64,000 nucleotides of DNA from a virus, in the IMG/VR virus record IMGVR_UViG_3300005264_000040, positions 113,769-177,768 of that record; one strand, 5' to 3'. This document shows positions 8,461 through 19,453 of the stretch, piece by piece. Each line of letters begins with the position of its first letter. Position 1 is the stretch's first letter. The translations under genes and the position numbers were made by a program. A model generated the notes under the pieces. It was given only the letters and a program-made list of their open reading frames with translations. It searched no databases and had not been told where the DNA came from.

Positions 8461-11400
8461 ATGGCTGATGACTATGTAAATCAAATTTTTGAAAAACGAA
8501 AGGAAAATATATTATTAGATTTGCAAAATAATATAAATAATGTATGTAATCAATATAGCCAAATGTTGGAAGAAACAGTCTCGGGGAATTTGAATATAAT
8601 AGAGGCTATGAAGAACAACGAAGACTTACAGACATTTTTTAGGCAAACTGCTGCTGATTTGTATCACGTAGCATATGCTGCTGCTTTCGAATCCGGAGCT
8701 ATTCCTTTCGTAGATAAAGTGAATCCTGAACCTGTAGGTGGAGCTTATAAATTATGGCAAGATTTTACTGCTAATTATGAAGTATTTAAAAGTCTTTGGG
8801 ATGAAGACCCTAATAATTTTATAGACCTTGTAAAAAGCACATACTTAACTCCTTTAGTTGATTTTTATAATGATTTTTCAAAAGATATAAAAACTTTATG
8901 GGATTTGACTTTATATATATTAGATTGGATAAACAAATTAAGTGATAAAATGCAAGCAGCTAATGATTTTGACCCTAAGGAAGTTAATAAAATTTTGAAT
9001 AAGCACAGAACTTTGTTTTATAATGCTGCTTATTATATGGATTATGGCGCAATTGATTTATATTATGGATTAAGCCCAAAAACATGGGAAGACTTTTTTA
9101 GTGAATTGAGAGAATATAATAATGAATTAAATGATTTTCTAGAGCCTTATTTTATATCAACCAAACTAACGATAGGAGTTATGAACATTCCAGGTGATTT
9201 TTGTAAAGGAGGAGCTAGTGCTTCTGATATAATTGGACTTTTGGAAGCAAAGACATCTTCTGTCAGCAATCTGACACAATATACTGCTGATGCTACAGGA
9301 TTAGCAGAAGCTAATTTTACACTGAACGATACTTTGTTTGGATTCCAATATTTTTTGTATTCAATGATGGATATGCTTTATAAAACAATAACAAATCAAC
9401 CTGGAGGAAAAGCTTTCTTTTACGAATTTGTAGAAAAATATGAAGCTAAACTTCAAAACTCATACTACGAAACTATTGCAGATGATTTTAAAAGCACTTT
9501 GGACAATCAGATAAAGATAGAAGAAACAAAAACACTTCCAGAAGATAATGAAAAACACTATTTTGAGCCTAATGAAGTACCAACAAGTAAAGTAAAAATA
9601 TTGGGATATTATGATGAATCAAATAATTTTCAAACTTATGTGCTTGAAATTATACCTGCCGGAAAAAAAGTATATTTAAAACAACAAGATTGGGATGTAT
9701 TAAAAGGAAGAACCATAAGTTATGTATATTCATCTGTAGCAGGTTTATCAAAAGTATTTGAATATTTGGATTTTATCATAAATGCAGTGGCATATGCTAC
9801 TGGCGATGAACAAACAAAATTAGATGTTGCTAGTACAAATGATTTTTTAGCAAAATGGTTAGAATATTCAGAAAAAAGGAAAGAAACATTCAATCAAAAA
9901 GGATTATCTGTTTTTAATACATTTGAATACAGGTTGCAATTTATGAATGAATTAGAAACATTAAAAAAAGAATTGAACGATTCTTATTACAAAGAAAACA
10001 AATATGAAAAATTTGATTCAGTTTTGCTTTTTTACAACGATTCTGTAGCTTTTTGGGAAGAGTGGAGTGCAAGGATAGAAGACCTTAGAGTTTTTTCTAT
10101 TCCTGAAATTGTTGATGCTAACTCTTTGAGTTTAGAAGAAAGAGTAAAAATTTTATATAATTTTTTATTAGAAATACCTTATGTCGGATTTGTTGTGTAT
10201 GTACTTGGAGTATCCACAACTTTTTATAAGGAGATGATGAAACAATTAAGGCAGGTTTTAACTCAATTTTGTAAAGATTTATTAAACCCAAGGATGTATG
10301 CATTTTTGGTAGAAAGAGCAGTACCTATACTCACTAATTTTAAACTAGCACTAGAAACTTTTGTTGATTTTTATGAGCAGATGATAAAACCAATAATAGA
10401 TTTTTTAACTAATATGGTTAATATGAATCTTTCTACAATGGAGAAAAAATTAAGAAGTTTTATTGATAACTTTCAAAAAAATGCTTTATATAGATTCGGC
10501 CTTGGAGAATATGTAGATAAATTACAAAATGTTCTAAAACTTGCAGACTGTGTTGTTAAAAATAAAGATTCAGAATTGGAATTGTTAAAAAAAGGATATG
10601 ATGCTCTTATAGGAAAAAAAGTAGAAATGGCACCTACACCTTTTTCAAATAGAGAAGAACCGGATAAAGTTGTAACTTCTAACAATAAAGTTTTAATGAG
10701 CAAAAAAGAGATAGAAACACGAACTCATATAAAGCCTCTTTCTATCACAGAAAAAGAAATGCAATTTTTATTTGGGACAGAAACAGAAGATGATTTTTTG
10801 CGTCAAATTTCAGAAATGAAAGAAATTAACAAAAAAACCACACAGAAGCAGAAACAATATGTGCCACCTGTAACGGTTTTATCTCCTGAAGTATATTTAA
10901 ATGGAGATGCTGAGGAATTGCTAAGAAAAATAGAAGAAATAGATAATAGAACCGGTAATCAAGCAAGCCTTATATTAATGCAAATTGCAGCTGAAGGTTT
11001 AGATAATATACCAGACGAACCTATTAAAGATATACCACCTGAAGCTTCTGAAGAAGAAAAACAACAAATAGAATTAGAAAATGCTAAAAGGGAATTAAAG
11101 AAAACAATAAAGAACTCACCTGATGCTGTAGATTTTTTTGAATTTGAAGAAGAAGATTTTGATTTAGCTGCTTATTATAAAGAACAAAAAGAAAAAACTT
11201 TAGAAGAACAAAGGCAAAAAATGAAAACAGAAATAGAAAAAGCAACCCTTCCTACAAATAAAAACGAAGTAAAAATAACAGCCGGAACTGTTATTGCTGC
11301 TAAATTAAAGAAATCAGAATTTAAACCCAAAACAAATGTTATCATAAATAATAACAATGTACCCAAAAATGAAAATACAGAAACAAACGCAAATGACGTG

Positions 11401-11784
11401 TTACCTTTGGATCCTCAAGAAGTTAATGCTATGGCTGGTATCAAAGAGAAGAAACAAGCTGAAGGCTTAGAATTTACTGAAGGAACTGATGAAGAATTAA
11501 CAAAGACCTCTTTAACCAATACAACATTGATTATCAATAATGTAAGTCCATCTGGTTATCCATCGCCTTCTATTGATGGAGCTACTCACCAAATGGAAGT
11601 ACATCCAGCTGTAGCCCAACTAGTTAATTCTTCTTTTAACGGATTAGAATTAACTTCAGGGGTAGCAGGACAGGTATTAAGTGAAAAAAATAAAGTAGCA
11701 GCTGAAATAGTGAAAAAGACTAAAGCAATAAAAAATAATGAAGTAATAGACGTATTGGCAGCAATGAACTATTTTACTAAGTAA
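8461..11784 (+). CDS. Large helical hypothetical protein (1107 aa), probably virion/baseplate associated
   Basis: Strong RBS and promoter; first gene of the operon containing the baseplate J-like gene; acidic low-complexity C-terminal third. Confidence 0.55.
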   Translation: MADDYVNQIFEKRKENILLDLQNNINNVCNQYSQMLEETVSGNLNIIEAMKNNEDLQTFFRQTAADLYHVAYAAAFESGAIPFVDKVNPEPVGGAYKLWQDFTANYEVFKSLWDEDPNNFIDLVKSTYLTPLVDFYNDFSKDIKTLWDLTLYILDWINKLSDKMQAANDFDPKEVNKILNKHRTLFYNAAYYMDYGAIDLYYGLSPKTWEDFFSELREYNNELNDFLEPYFISTKLTIGVMNIPGDFCKGGASASDIIGLLEAKTSSVSNLTQYTADATGLAEANFTLNDTLFGFQYFLYSMMDMLYKTITNQPGGKAFFYEFVEKYEAKLQNSYYETIADDFKSTLDNQIKIEETKTLPEDNEKHYFEPNEVPTSKVKILGYYDESNNFQTYVLEIIPAGKKVYLKQQDWDVLKGRTISYVYSSVAGLSKVFEYLDFIINAVAYATGDEQTKLDVASTNDFLAKWLEYSEKRKETFNQKGLSVFNTFEYRLQFMNELETLKKELNDSYYKENKYEKFDSVLLFYNDSVAFWEEWSARIEDLRVFSIPEIVDANSLSLEERVKILYNFLLEIPYVGFVVYVLGVSTTFYKEMMKQLRQVLTQFCKDLLNPRMYAFLVERAVPILTNFKLALETFVDFYEQMIKPIIDFLTNMVNMNLSTMEKKLRSFIDNFQKNALYRFGLGEYVDKLQNVLKLADCVVKNKDSELELLKKGYDALIGKKVEMAPTPFSNREEPDKVVTSNNKVLMSKKEIETRTHIKPLSITEKEMQFLFGTETEDDFLRQISEMKEINKKTTQKQKQYVPPVTVLSPEVYLNGDAEELLRKIEEIDNRTGNQASLILMQIAAEGLDNIPDEPIKDIPPEASEEEKQQIELENAKRELKKTIKNSPDAVDFFEFEEEDFDLAAYYKEQKEKTLEEQRQKMKTEIEKATLPTNKNEVKITAGTVIAAKLKKSEFKPKTNVIINNNNVPKNENTETNANDVLPLDPQEVNAMAGIKEKKQAEGLEFTEGTDEELTKTSLTNTTLIINNVSPSGYPSPSIDGATHQMEVHPAVAQLVNSSFNGLELTSGVAGQVLSEKNKVAAEIVKKTKAIKNNEVIDVLAAMNYFTK

Positions 11785-11801
11785 GAAAGGAGCGTAAAAT
11801 A

Positions 11802-13382
11802 ATGTATCCTGTAGATTTTGATGTTTTTAAAAAGAATTTCTTTAATCAATTGACAATGATGTATCCTAATATCAATTGGAATGACGAAACCAGTGTTGTT
11901 AAGAATCAAATTTTAAATCCTTTACTTTCAGAATTTGAAAAGGTTTATAAAGATTACACACAGATGTTTAATAATATAGAAAATTTGATGTATAACAATA
12001 ACGATTATGCTTCAGGAGAAACTTTGGATTTCATTGCTTCTTTATATGGATTAAAAAGAAATCCTGGTTCAAAAACCCGAGGCCTTTTAAGTGTATATAT
12101 TCCTTTTGAATTTTACCCTAAAATAGAGGCAGAAGGTTCTTTGATTTTTTCTGATATTATAATTAACATTGAAGGAAAACAATATATAATTCCAAAATTA
12201 CCTATGACAATATCTCATTTGAATACAGGTGTTGTACATGTTGAGTTTGAAGCTTTAGAAAACGGTTCTACAATTTTAGGAATAAACAAAAAAATAAAAT
12301 TTGCTTTAAACCCTGGAGGGGCATTTCAAAATACAATAGAAGTCAATGCCCAAATATTAGATGTGACTTCTGGTGAAGACGAAGAAACAGATGAGAATTT
12401 TAGAAAAAGAATAAACAACATAAAAAATAATATCTATTTAGTAAACAAGCATCAACTTATAGAATATTTTAAAGCAGAAGAGGCAATAAAAGCAGTAGAT
12501 TTTATAGATAATAACAATATTTGGAATTTAAAAGGTATAATTTCACAATATAAAATAGACAGTACAACAGGTGAAATTTTATCCGAATCTGAAATAGTGA
12601 AAGTACCATATGGATATGAATTAAAAATACAAGGTCCGGTTATTACAAAATCGGAAACTAAAACTTTATCTGCAATGACAGCATCTTATTCTATAGATAT
12701 AACTTCACGTTCAAAAACTGTAGTTTCTTACTTGAAAAACAATATCAGTAGATATACTAATTTTATAGATCCTTTTTATGCAGCAACATTTTTAGTATCT
12801 ACAGATACCACAGTGCCTGTATTAACAAATCTTAAATATGTAGAAATAGAAGGGCCATTATTATTTCCTTTGAAAGTATTAAGACTTTTTGATAATAAAG
12901 AATTAGAATATGGCAAAGATTTTATAACTGTAGTATATGAACCTGCAAATGCATTTACCAAGCTTCAAAAAACTATTTTTATATTCAGAGAATCATTACA
13001 ATCAGACATTCAAATAGAATATGTATCTGCAGATTTTAATCGAATTGAAGAACTTTTAAAAAAATTACCATTTGTTGCAAATGCTACCTTAAGTTATTTT
13101 AATCCTATAATGGTTCAATATACTTTTAATTCAGAAAACATTCCAGATTTTTCCGAATTCCAAAGACCAGATTATACATTAACTCCAGGTATAGATATAC
13201 CTTCTAATTACTTAGTACTACAAACAATGGTATCTGCAATGTTACCTACAGGAGGTATTACTCCATTTAAACCAATACCTAATACTACCACTATCTCAGA
13301 CGCTTTAAACACTTTAGGTATAGTAGATTATCCTCCTTATAAGTTTTACACCGTAGGGCAGCTTCTAGGAGGCGGAGAATGA
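11802..13382 (+). CDS. Baseplate wedge protein, Baseplate J-like
   Basis: ASGETLDFIASLYGLKRNPGSKTRG and SGEDEETDENFRKRI match the J/gp47 family motifs (A.G..LD.....G..R and G.D.E.D...R.R). Confidence 0.8.
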   Translation: MYPVDFDVFKKNFFNQLTMMYPNINWNDETSVVKNQILNPLLSEFEKVYKDYTQMFNNIENLMYNNNDYASGETLDFIASLYGLKRNPGSKTRGLLSVYIPFEFYPKIEAEGSLIFSDIIINIEGKQYIIPKLPMTISHLNTGVVHVEFEALENGSTILGINKKIKFALNPGGAFQNTIEVNAQILDVTSGEDEETDENFRKRINNIKNNIYLVNKHQLIEYFKAEEAIKAVDFIDNNNIWNLKGIISQYKIDSTTGEILSESEIVKVPYGYELKIQGPVITKSETKTLSAMTASYSIDITSRSKTVVSYLKNNISRYTNFIDPFYAATFLVSTDTTVPVLTNLKYVEIEGPLLFPLKVLRLFDNKELEYGKDFITVVYEPANAFTKLQKTIFIFRESLQSDIQIEYVSADFNRIEELLKKLPFVANATLSYFNPIMVQYTFNSENIPDFSEFQRPDYTLTPGIDIPSNYLVLQTMVSAMLPTGGITPFKPIPNTTTISDALNTLGIVDYPPYKFYTVGQLLGGGE

Positions 13383-13404
13383 TGTTTTTTGATGCTCACA
13401 AATT

Positions 13405-14193
13405 TTGGGAAAAGTTATGTCTTACAACATCCGAAATATAAAAGATATGACAGAAGAATTATTTGAATTTGGGATTAATGCAAATATTAAAGTTACATTA
13501 CCTGTATCTTTTTCTTATAATGCCGATACTAAAGAATATATTGGCATTGAATATGATAATGGAATAATAATTGAAAATGAAGATATTTTTGAAATTACTG
13601 AAGTTGATTTGTTTTTAGATGAGGAACTAGTACAATCTTTTACAGAAACAACTAAACTTCCAGATAATAAATTCAAGCTCAATTTTGACGTAGAAAGCTT
13701 ATTTGCTGAAGAAGAAAAAGGGATGAAATATTTTACTCTATTAGCAACAGGTCTTGTCTTTAATTTTGAAGGAGTAAAATCTTTATATGATGACTTGGAT
13801 TATGTAGGTGCTAAAATATTACAAATACATAATTTTGCTTCGATAGAAGAAGTAAGAAATGCACATCCTTTAAAAAGAGAAGATATAGCGTATAGACTTG
13901 CAACTGCAGCATTTGTGTTAAAAACAGGAATGTATTTTAAAAACAATTATTTAAATCTTTTGAGTATAATAAAAGGGATGCCTTATGCGCCAATAGGCGG
14001 AAAAATACTTGGTTATAAATATAACTCTTTATATGGATATACAGGAGTACAAATAGAAAGCAGAAATAATAAAAAATATTGGTTCTGGTTTTCGGGTGAT
14101 TTCAGAAATAATTTATGGTATAATATTGATGATGAAATAGAGAGGGGAGACCCACTTACTAATTTAATTGATATTGAAATTGTGAGGAGTTGA
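13405..14193 (+). CDS. Putative baseplate wedge subunit (262 aa)
   Basis: Lies between the J-like gene and the tail fibres; assignment is positional. Confidence 0.45.
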   Translation: MGKVMSYNIRNIKDMTEELFEFGINANIKVTLPVSFSYNADTKEYIGIEYDNGIIIENEDIFEITEVDLFLDEELVQSFTETTKLPDNKFKLNFDVESLFAEEEKGMKYFTLLATGLVFNFEGVKSLYDDLDYVGAKILQIHNFASIEEVRNAHPLKREDIAYRLATAAFVLKTGMYFKNNYLNLLSIIKGMPYAPIGGKILGYKYNSLYGYTGVQIESRNNKKYWFWFSGDFRNNLWYNIDDEIERGDPLTNLIDIEIVRS

Positions 14194-14198
14194 GGAAT

Positions 14199-16238
14199 AT
14201 GGATTTTTTTCCTTATGCAGTTACTTCAAATTCTACATTAAATAATTTGTTTTTGAAAGCTTATAAATATATAATGGTTCCAGCTAATTATAACGCAATA
14301 ACTTCTGTTTCAGAAGTTTCTTCTTATATAGATAAGATTTTTGATCAGAAACTTATAGTGTATAAAAATACTGAAACGCTTGATAATAAAGAAAAATTTT
14401 ATAAATTTTTAGAAGAAAGTCTAGACTTGAATATAACTACTCTTACAACAAATTATAATATCAACAATGATACAAATATAACGGAAAATGAATATATAAA
14501 CACTTTTATGAACACAGAAGAAAATAAAACTGTGTTAGGTATTTTAAGTTTAGTGTTATCAGAAGTTTCAATGTATCCGTGGTCTTATTATTCAAAAGTG
14601 GGAACAGTTTTGCTTTCGACTTATACAAATGTATTCCCACCCAATTCCGACAATAAACATATTCAATATTTTAATAGTATGGAAGAACCTTCATGGACTG
14701 TGTTTAGTGATTTTATAAGAATTGCAGGAAGGTATATATGGAAAGAAGATACAAATGCAAATCCTGATGTTTCTGAAATAGAAGATTTTTTGAGTATTTT
14801 TGACATTTCATATACAAATAATATGATGAATGATACTTATGAGGATGAAGGAGTATTAAATATTCTTGAGAATGCTTTGGATATCAGCAATAAAGAAATA
14901 ATAGGGTTTATAATAGGTTGGAACTGGTTTTATATGTATATATGGTGGCAGGGTTTAACTGCAATTGCAACTGCATACGGAAAAAGTCTTAACTCAACCG
15001 ATAATGTGGAATTTGTATTTGACAAATGGAAAGAAATGATATTGGATGAAAAAAAATTAATAACAGTGTTTAAAAACAATTCCGAACTTCAAAATTATGT
15101 ATATGTAGGAGGTTTTTTGCATAACTATGTTTTTAAAAGATTCGGAAAAATATACAAATTATACAAAAAATATTTTGATGAAAATGTAGAAGCTGAAATA
15201 TTTGATAGATATCAAATAGATCAACTATATCAAGAAGGCTCTGATTTTAATGATATTTATATGGTTTTATCCTCTTTTAGAAGTGATATAAATAATTTCG
15301 TGGATTATTTTAGAACTTTAAGAACTTCTACTAATGTATTCTTAACAGAAAAATTAGGTGGATTGACAATAGATGACTATGCTGATTTTGTGCATGAACA
15401 TCCAGAATATATGACAGCGCAAGATATAGCTCAAAATGCGTTATATCTTGTAGAAACTGATTCTGAAGGAAACATAAAGAAAATCTATACAAATACAGAT
15501 TTTGCTTCTAAAAACCATACTCATACAGAATTTTATACAAAAAGTGATACAGTTGCTGATACTGAATATTTAATAGAGACAAAACAAGTAGAACAAAATG
15601 GTCAATTAGTTGATATATATGTACCACATTCAATGTCAGAATTAGCTTTAGCTACACATACTCATCCTTATTTGCCAAAAGGGCAAGCAGCTTCAGGAAC
15701 TTATGGTTTAATTATAGGGGATAAAATATATAGAGCAGAAGATTTCGCTTTATCAGATCACAGTCACCCTGAACTATTAAGGAAAGATCAGCCTGCAAAA
15801 GCTTCTTTGCGATTGAATGGTGTCCCTACTGATAAATTCGCATTTTCAAATCACAACCATGATGATTTGTATTATACTAAAACAGAAGCATTAAATAATT
15901 TTTATGCTAAAAACACAACAATAAATAATTCAAATTACATTGCAGAAAATGCTGAAGGTATGAAAGGTGATTTTTATATCAACGATACATATCAAAAAGC
16001 AGAAAAAGTAAAATTTTTGTTTGGGACAGCAGCTTTAGCTGCAGGAGGCATAAATGAAATCAAAGTACCTAATCCTTTATTTTGTATCGTAAGTTTAGCC
16101 ACTTCCAGTATAAGTACTACTTATCCTTCGTATATGGTAGATAAATTTAATAATAAAATAGTACTCATGGAAGTAAGCGGAGTATCTCCAGTTGTTGTTA
16201 ATTATTTGGTAGGATATATTCCAGAAGAAGAGGTGTAG
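14199..16238 (+). CDS. Tail fibre / baseplate-attached fibre with HxH repeats
   Basis: NHTH, THTH, DHSH and NHNHDDLYY motifs after a helical N-terminal half. Start moved to ATG 14199 behind a GAGGAG RBS. Confidence 0.7.
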   Translation: MDFFPYAVTSNSTLNNLFLKAYKYIMVPANYNAITSVSEVSSYIDKIFDQKLIVYKNTETLDNKEKFYKFLEESLDLNITTLTTNYNINNDTNITENEYINTFMNTEENKTVLGILSLVLSEVSMYPWSYYSKVGTVLLSTYTNVFPPNSDNKHIQYFNSMEEPSWTVFSDFIRIAGRYIWKEDTNANPDVSEIEDFLSIFDISYTNNMMNDTYEDEGVLNILENALDISNKEIIGFIIGWNWFYMYIWWQGLTAIATAYGKSLNSTDNVEFVFDKWKEMILDEKKLITVFKNNSELQNYVYVGGFLHNYVFKRFGKIYKLYKKYFDENVEAEIFDRYQIDQLYQEGSDFNDIYMVLSSFRSDINNFVDYFRTLRTSTNVFLTEKLGGLTIDDYADFVHEHPEYMTAQDIAQNALYLVETDSEGNIKKIYTNTDFASKNHTHTEFYTKSDTVADTEYLIETKQVEQNGQLVDIYVPHSMSELALATHTHPYLPKGQAASGTYGLIIGDKIYRAEDFALSDHSHPELLRKDQPAKASLRLNGVPTDKFAFSNHNHDDLYYTKTEALNNFYAKNTTINNSNYIAENAEGMKGDFYINDTYQKAEKVKFLFGTAALAAGGINEIKVPNPLFCIVSLATSSISTTYPSYMVDKFNNKIVLMEVSGVSPVVVNYLVGYIPEEEV

Positions 16239-16242
16239 TTTT

Positions 16243-17472
16243 ATGATTTCTGAACCATTATCTGTAATAACAAGATTTTTCGTGAGATTTAAAAACAAAT
16301 ATATTTTAAAAACCATACCTTTTATTATAAAAAAAGCAAATTCTGTGTTTAAGACAGATAAAACGTTAGCTTCAAAACAGCATACTCATTCTCAATATAT
16401 AAAAAAAGATTCGATTATAGAAAAAACAAAAGCAATACAAGATGAAGCCGAAAATACTTTTTCAAAAAAAAATCATGTTCATGAAGAGTATATATTAAAA
16501 GATACAGATAATGAAATCGCTTTTGATTCTTTTAAATTAAACGGGTTAGGGGCCAGTCAATATTCTTTAAAAAATCATTTTCATATGGAATATTCTACAT
16601 ATTTAACTAATCCTAATTTTAATAATTTGAAGATTTTTGACAATTCTTTATTTTTAATAAATGCAGAACACAATTATATTTCTCCTTCTTTATTATCTTT
16701 AAAACAACATACTCATGAAGGATATTTAAGGATAGGGGAACAAGCTATGTATACTAATGCTCTTTCTGTATATATGAACGGAGAAGAACTTTTTACTTCA
16801 CCTTATGGCTTGAATATTGTTTTAGAAGAACATAACCATGATGACCGGTATTTAAATAAAGAAAATACAAATACTATAGTAAAAAAAAGTGATGTTGTGC
16901 CTAAAAGTATGAAAATTAATGGACTTAAAATAACATTGTTTAAAATAAAATATCCTTCTAATGATTTGAAGAAGTCCTTTACAGTTAATTTTTATCAACA
17001 ATATTTATTTACAAGATTAAAAACAACTTATGCAGATTATGTTGGAAAAATTTCTAAAAGAGTTTATTATCATTTGTACCCTCACCACAAATCTATTAAT
17101 ATTGTTGCAGGGGCTTCTAAAGGTTCTCCTGCATTATATGATTTGTATGATGATTTTAGTAATTATTGTGCGCCATCAGTAAAATTTGTAAAACCTAATA
17201 GTTTTGATAGCACTTCTGTAGTAATGGCTTTAGCAGTAATGGGACAAGAAAGCACTGCAACAAGTGCTGTTGGTATGTTTAATGAAATGAAAAATAATAG
17301 TGGGTATTTTAAAACTACAGAAGATTTTAAATATGCAAATATTCCTGCCTATAAAAGTATGTTGTTTCACAAGTGGTTAGGAGGGCCTGTATATCAGGGT
17401 ATTATTGATAATCATTATATAAAAATGAATACTGGATCAACTTCTAGTATTTTAATGCTTTTATCTGTATAA
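16243..17472 (+). CDS. Tail fibre paralogue with five HxH repeats
   Basis: QHTH, NHVH, NHFH, QHTH, EHNHDDRY; FKLNGLGASQYSLKNHFH repeat unit. Confidence 0.7.
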   Translation: MISEPLSVITRFFVRFKNKYILKTIPFIIKKANSVFKTDKTLASKQHTHSQYIKKDSIIEKTKAIQDEAENTFSKKNHVHEEYILKDTDNEIAFDSFKLNGLGASQYSLKNHFHMEYSTYLTNPNFNNLKIFDNSLFLINAEHNYISPSLLSLKQHTHEGYLRIGEQAMYTNALSVYMNGEELFTSPYGLNIVLEEHNHDDRYLNKENTNTIVKKSDVVPKSMKINGLKITLFKIKYPSNDLKKSFTVNFYQQYLFTRLKTTYADYVGKISKRVYYHLYPHHKSINIVAGASKGSPALYDLYDDFSNYCAPSVKFVKPNSFDSTSVVMALAVMGQESTATSAVGMFNEMKNNSGYFKTTEDFKYANIPAYKSMLFHKWLGGPVYQGIIDNHYIKMNTGSTSSILMLLSV

Positions 17473-17480
17473 AAAGGGGA

Positions 17481-19433
17481 GTGCGTGATGTGAATATCAT
17501 AAAAATTATTACTAATTTTTTTAAGAAAAGTCCATTACTGTCAAAAAAACACACAATACCGAAAACACAAAATGTCTCTGCTATTTACAAAACTTCCAGT
17601 ATATTTTTAAATACTTTGCCCTTAGAAAGTCATATACATTTGCAATATGTACCAAAACAAAGTATAGTAAAATACACTTTGCAACTTAACAAAAATAAAA
17701 CTGACAATTTTTCAAAACGAGAACATTCTCATTTAGAATATTTAGAAAAACCTACTACGCAAGTAGAAGATTTTTCAAATAGTATAGCATCAGATTCTTT
17801 TAAAATAAATAATTACGCAGCATCAATATTTGTAGATAAAACACATAATCATGATGCTCAATATCAAAAATACATACAAACTCCTTATAGCGATAAAGTT
17901 GTTGAAAACGCAAGTTTGTTTTATTCTTTAAATAATACAGTAGTTTTCTTAGCTTCCCAAAATCATTCCCACGGAACTGAGTATGTCAAAAAAGGTGAAA
18001 GAGCAAATTCTACAAATGCTCTTTATAGTGTAAAAGAAGATGACGAATTGTCTTTTGAACAAATGTCCCTCAAAGACCACAACCACAATGCTACATATTA
18101 TACAAAAAGTGGAGCTGAAAGTACTTTTGTTGAGAAAGAAGACACTGTAAAAAAAAGCAAAAAAATTCAATCTTTAGGAGTTACATTTGTAAAAAGTGTA
18201 TATAATCCCAGTAAAAACTATAAATTCAATCTAACTTTAACGGGAATAAGTATAGAGAATCAATTTGCTATTAATGACACTTCAGATGTTTATACAACTA
18301 TATTTAGCAATTACGCTTCTCATTGTTATATTTCAAGTTGGAATGGAGTTAGTGGAGCTTCTTATAGTGCTTCAGATGTAAAAGACACAGCTCCTAAATA
18401 TATAAAGTATCAAGCTTCATCTGACAAAATAGAAAAAATGATGAATCTATTAAAGTTACGATATGTCAAGACCACGCGAGAATATAAACATTCTTCAGGG
18501 GCAACAATGTTATACAAGACACAAGATCCAACAAGTGCAGGGACTACTTTTTATTCTCGTTATTTTTTAGCTAACCCTTCATATAAGCAACCTTCGATAT
18601 ACGAAGCTGGTTATTTTGTATATAAAGTAGCCAGTTCCAAGGATTCTAGTTTAATGGGAAAAACTGTAGGCTTTACTTTAAATTTATTGGATTTTATTTG
18701 GAATATTTCTGTAAATATTATAAATTCTATGTTTGCAACATATAATTCTTTTTTAGACAAAGTAGCTAGCGTAAGATTACCAGGAATTCCTTCGCTCAAA
18801 TGGTGTAGTATAACAATAGCATTTGTTACTTTCTCCTATCCATGCGGTCTTAAGGCTAATTGGTGGTATCCTTTTGAATTTGTAAAAAATTTCAAAGTAA
18901 AATATATGCAGAAATTTATGTATTCTTACGGTTCAGGAGAAGATTATATTATTTTCAAACAAGTTGATGGTAGTGACATTCCTTTAAGTGGTTATGCTGA
19001 TTCAAAACCAGGTTTATTGGATAAGTTTTTATTTTTATTAATAGATGAACCTATTTATAAATATGCAGTAGTAGATAATGCATATAATATTGTCCCTACT
19101 ACAAAAGTAAAAATTAATTCAACTTCAACCAATTTAGAAAAAACAGCTTTTGCTTTTTCTTCCCCAGGAATAGAGAGTGAAATTTCAGATTTAGTATATA
19201 CCCTTAAACAATTTAAAATACCTCAGGTTACACCACAGGCACAATGGGGCGTTATTATTTCAGCAAATTCTTCAGATTCAGAAGCGAAAAAATTCTATGC
19301 TAATACTTATTCTTTTATACATATGGGTATGCTGGGGTTTGGTTTTCAACGTGCATTTATTAATAATAATAAAACCGAAATAACAATAAGAACTGGAGGA
19401 CATCCTTTTGTTTGTTCTTTCTTCCATTTTTAA
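17481..19433 (+). CDS. Tail fibre paralogue with five HxH repeats and a large C-terminal domain
   Basis: SHIH, EHSH, THNH, NHSH, DHNH; GTG start with a GGGGA RBS. Confidence 0.7.
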   Translation: MRDVNIIKIITNFFKKSPLLSKKHTIPKTQNVSAIYKTSSIFLNTLPLESHIHLQYVPKQSIVKYTLQLNKNKTDNFSKREHSHLEYLEKPTTQVEDFSNSIASDSFKINNYAASIFVDKTHNHDAQYQKYIQTPYSDKVVENASLFYSLNNTVVFLASQNHSHGTEYVKKGERANSTNALYSVKEDDELSFEQMSLKDHNHNATYYTKSGAESTFVEKEDTVKKSKKIQSLGVTFVKSVYNPSKNYKFNLTLTGISIENQFAINDTSDVYTTIFSNYASHCYISSWNGVSGASYSASDVKDTAPKYIKYQASSDKIEKMMNLLKLRYVKTTREYKHSSGATMLYKTQDPTSAGTTFYSRYFLANPSYKQPSIYEAGYFVYKVASSKDSSLMGKTVGFTLNLLDFIWNISVNIINSMFATYNSFLDKVASVRLPGIPSLKWCSITIAFVTFSYPCGLKANWWYPFEFVKNFKVKYMQKFMYSYGSGEDYIIFKQVDGSDIPLSGYADSKPGLLDKFLFLLIDEPIYKYAVVDNAYNIVPTTKVKINSTSTNLEKTAFAFSSPGIESEISDLVYTLKQFKIPQVTPQAQWGVIISANSSDSEAKKFYANTYSFIHMGMLGFGFQRAFINNNKTEITIRTGGHPFVCSFFHF

Positions 19434-19453
19434 TAGAAAGGAGATTTGAAGTT

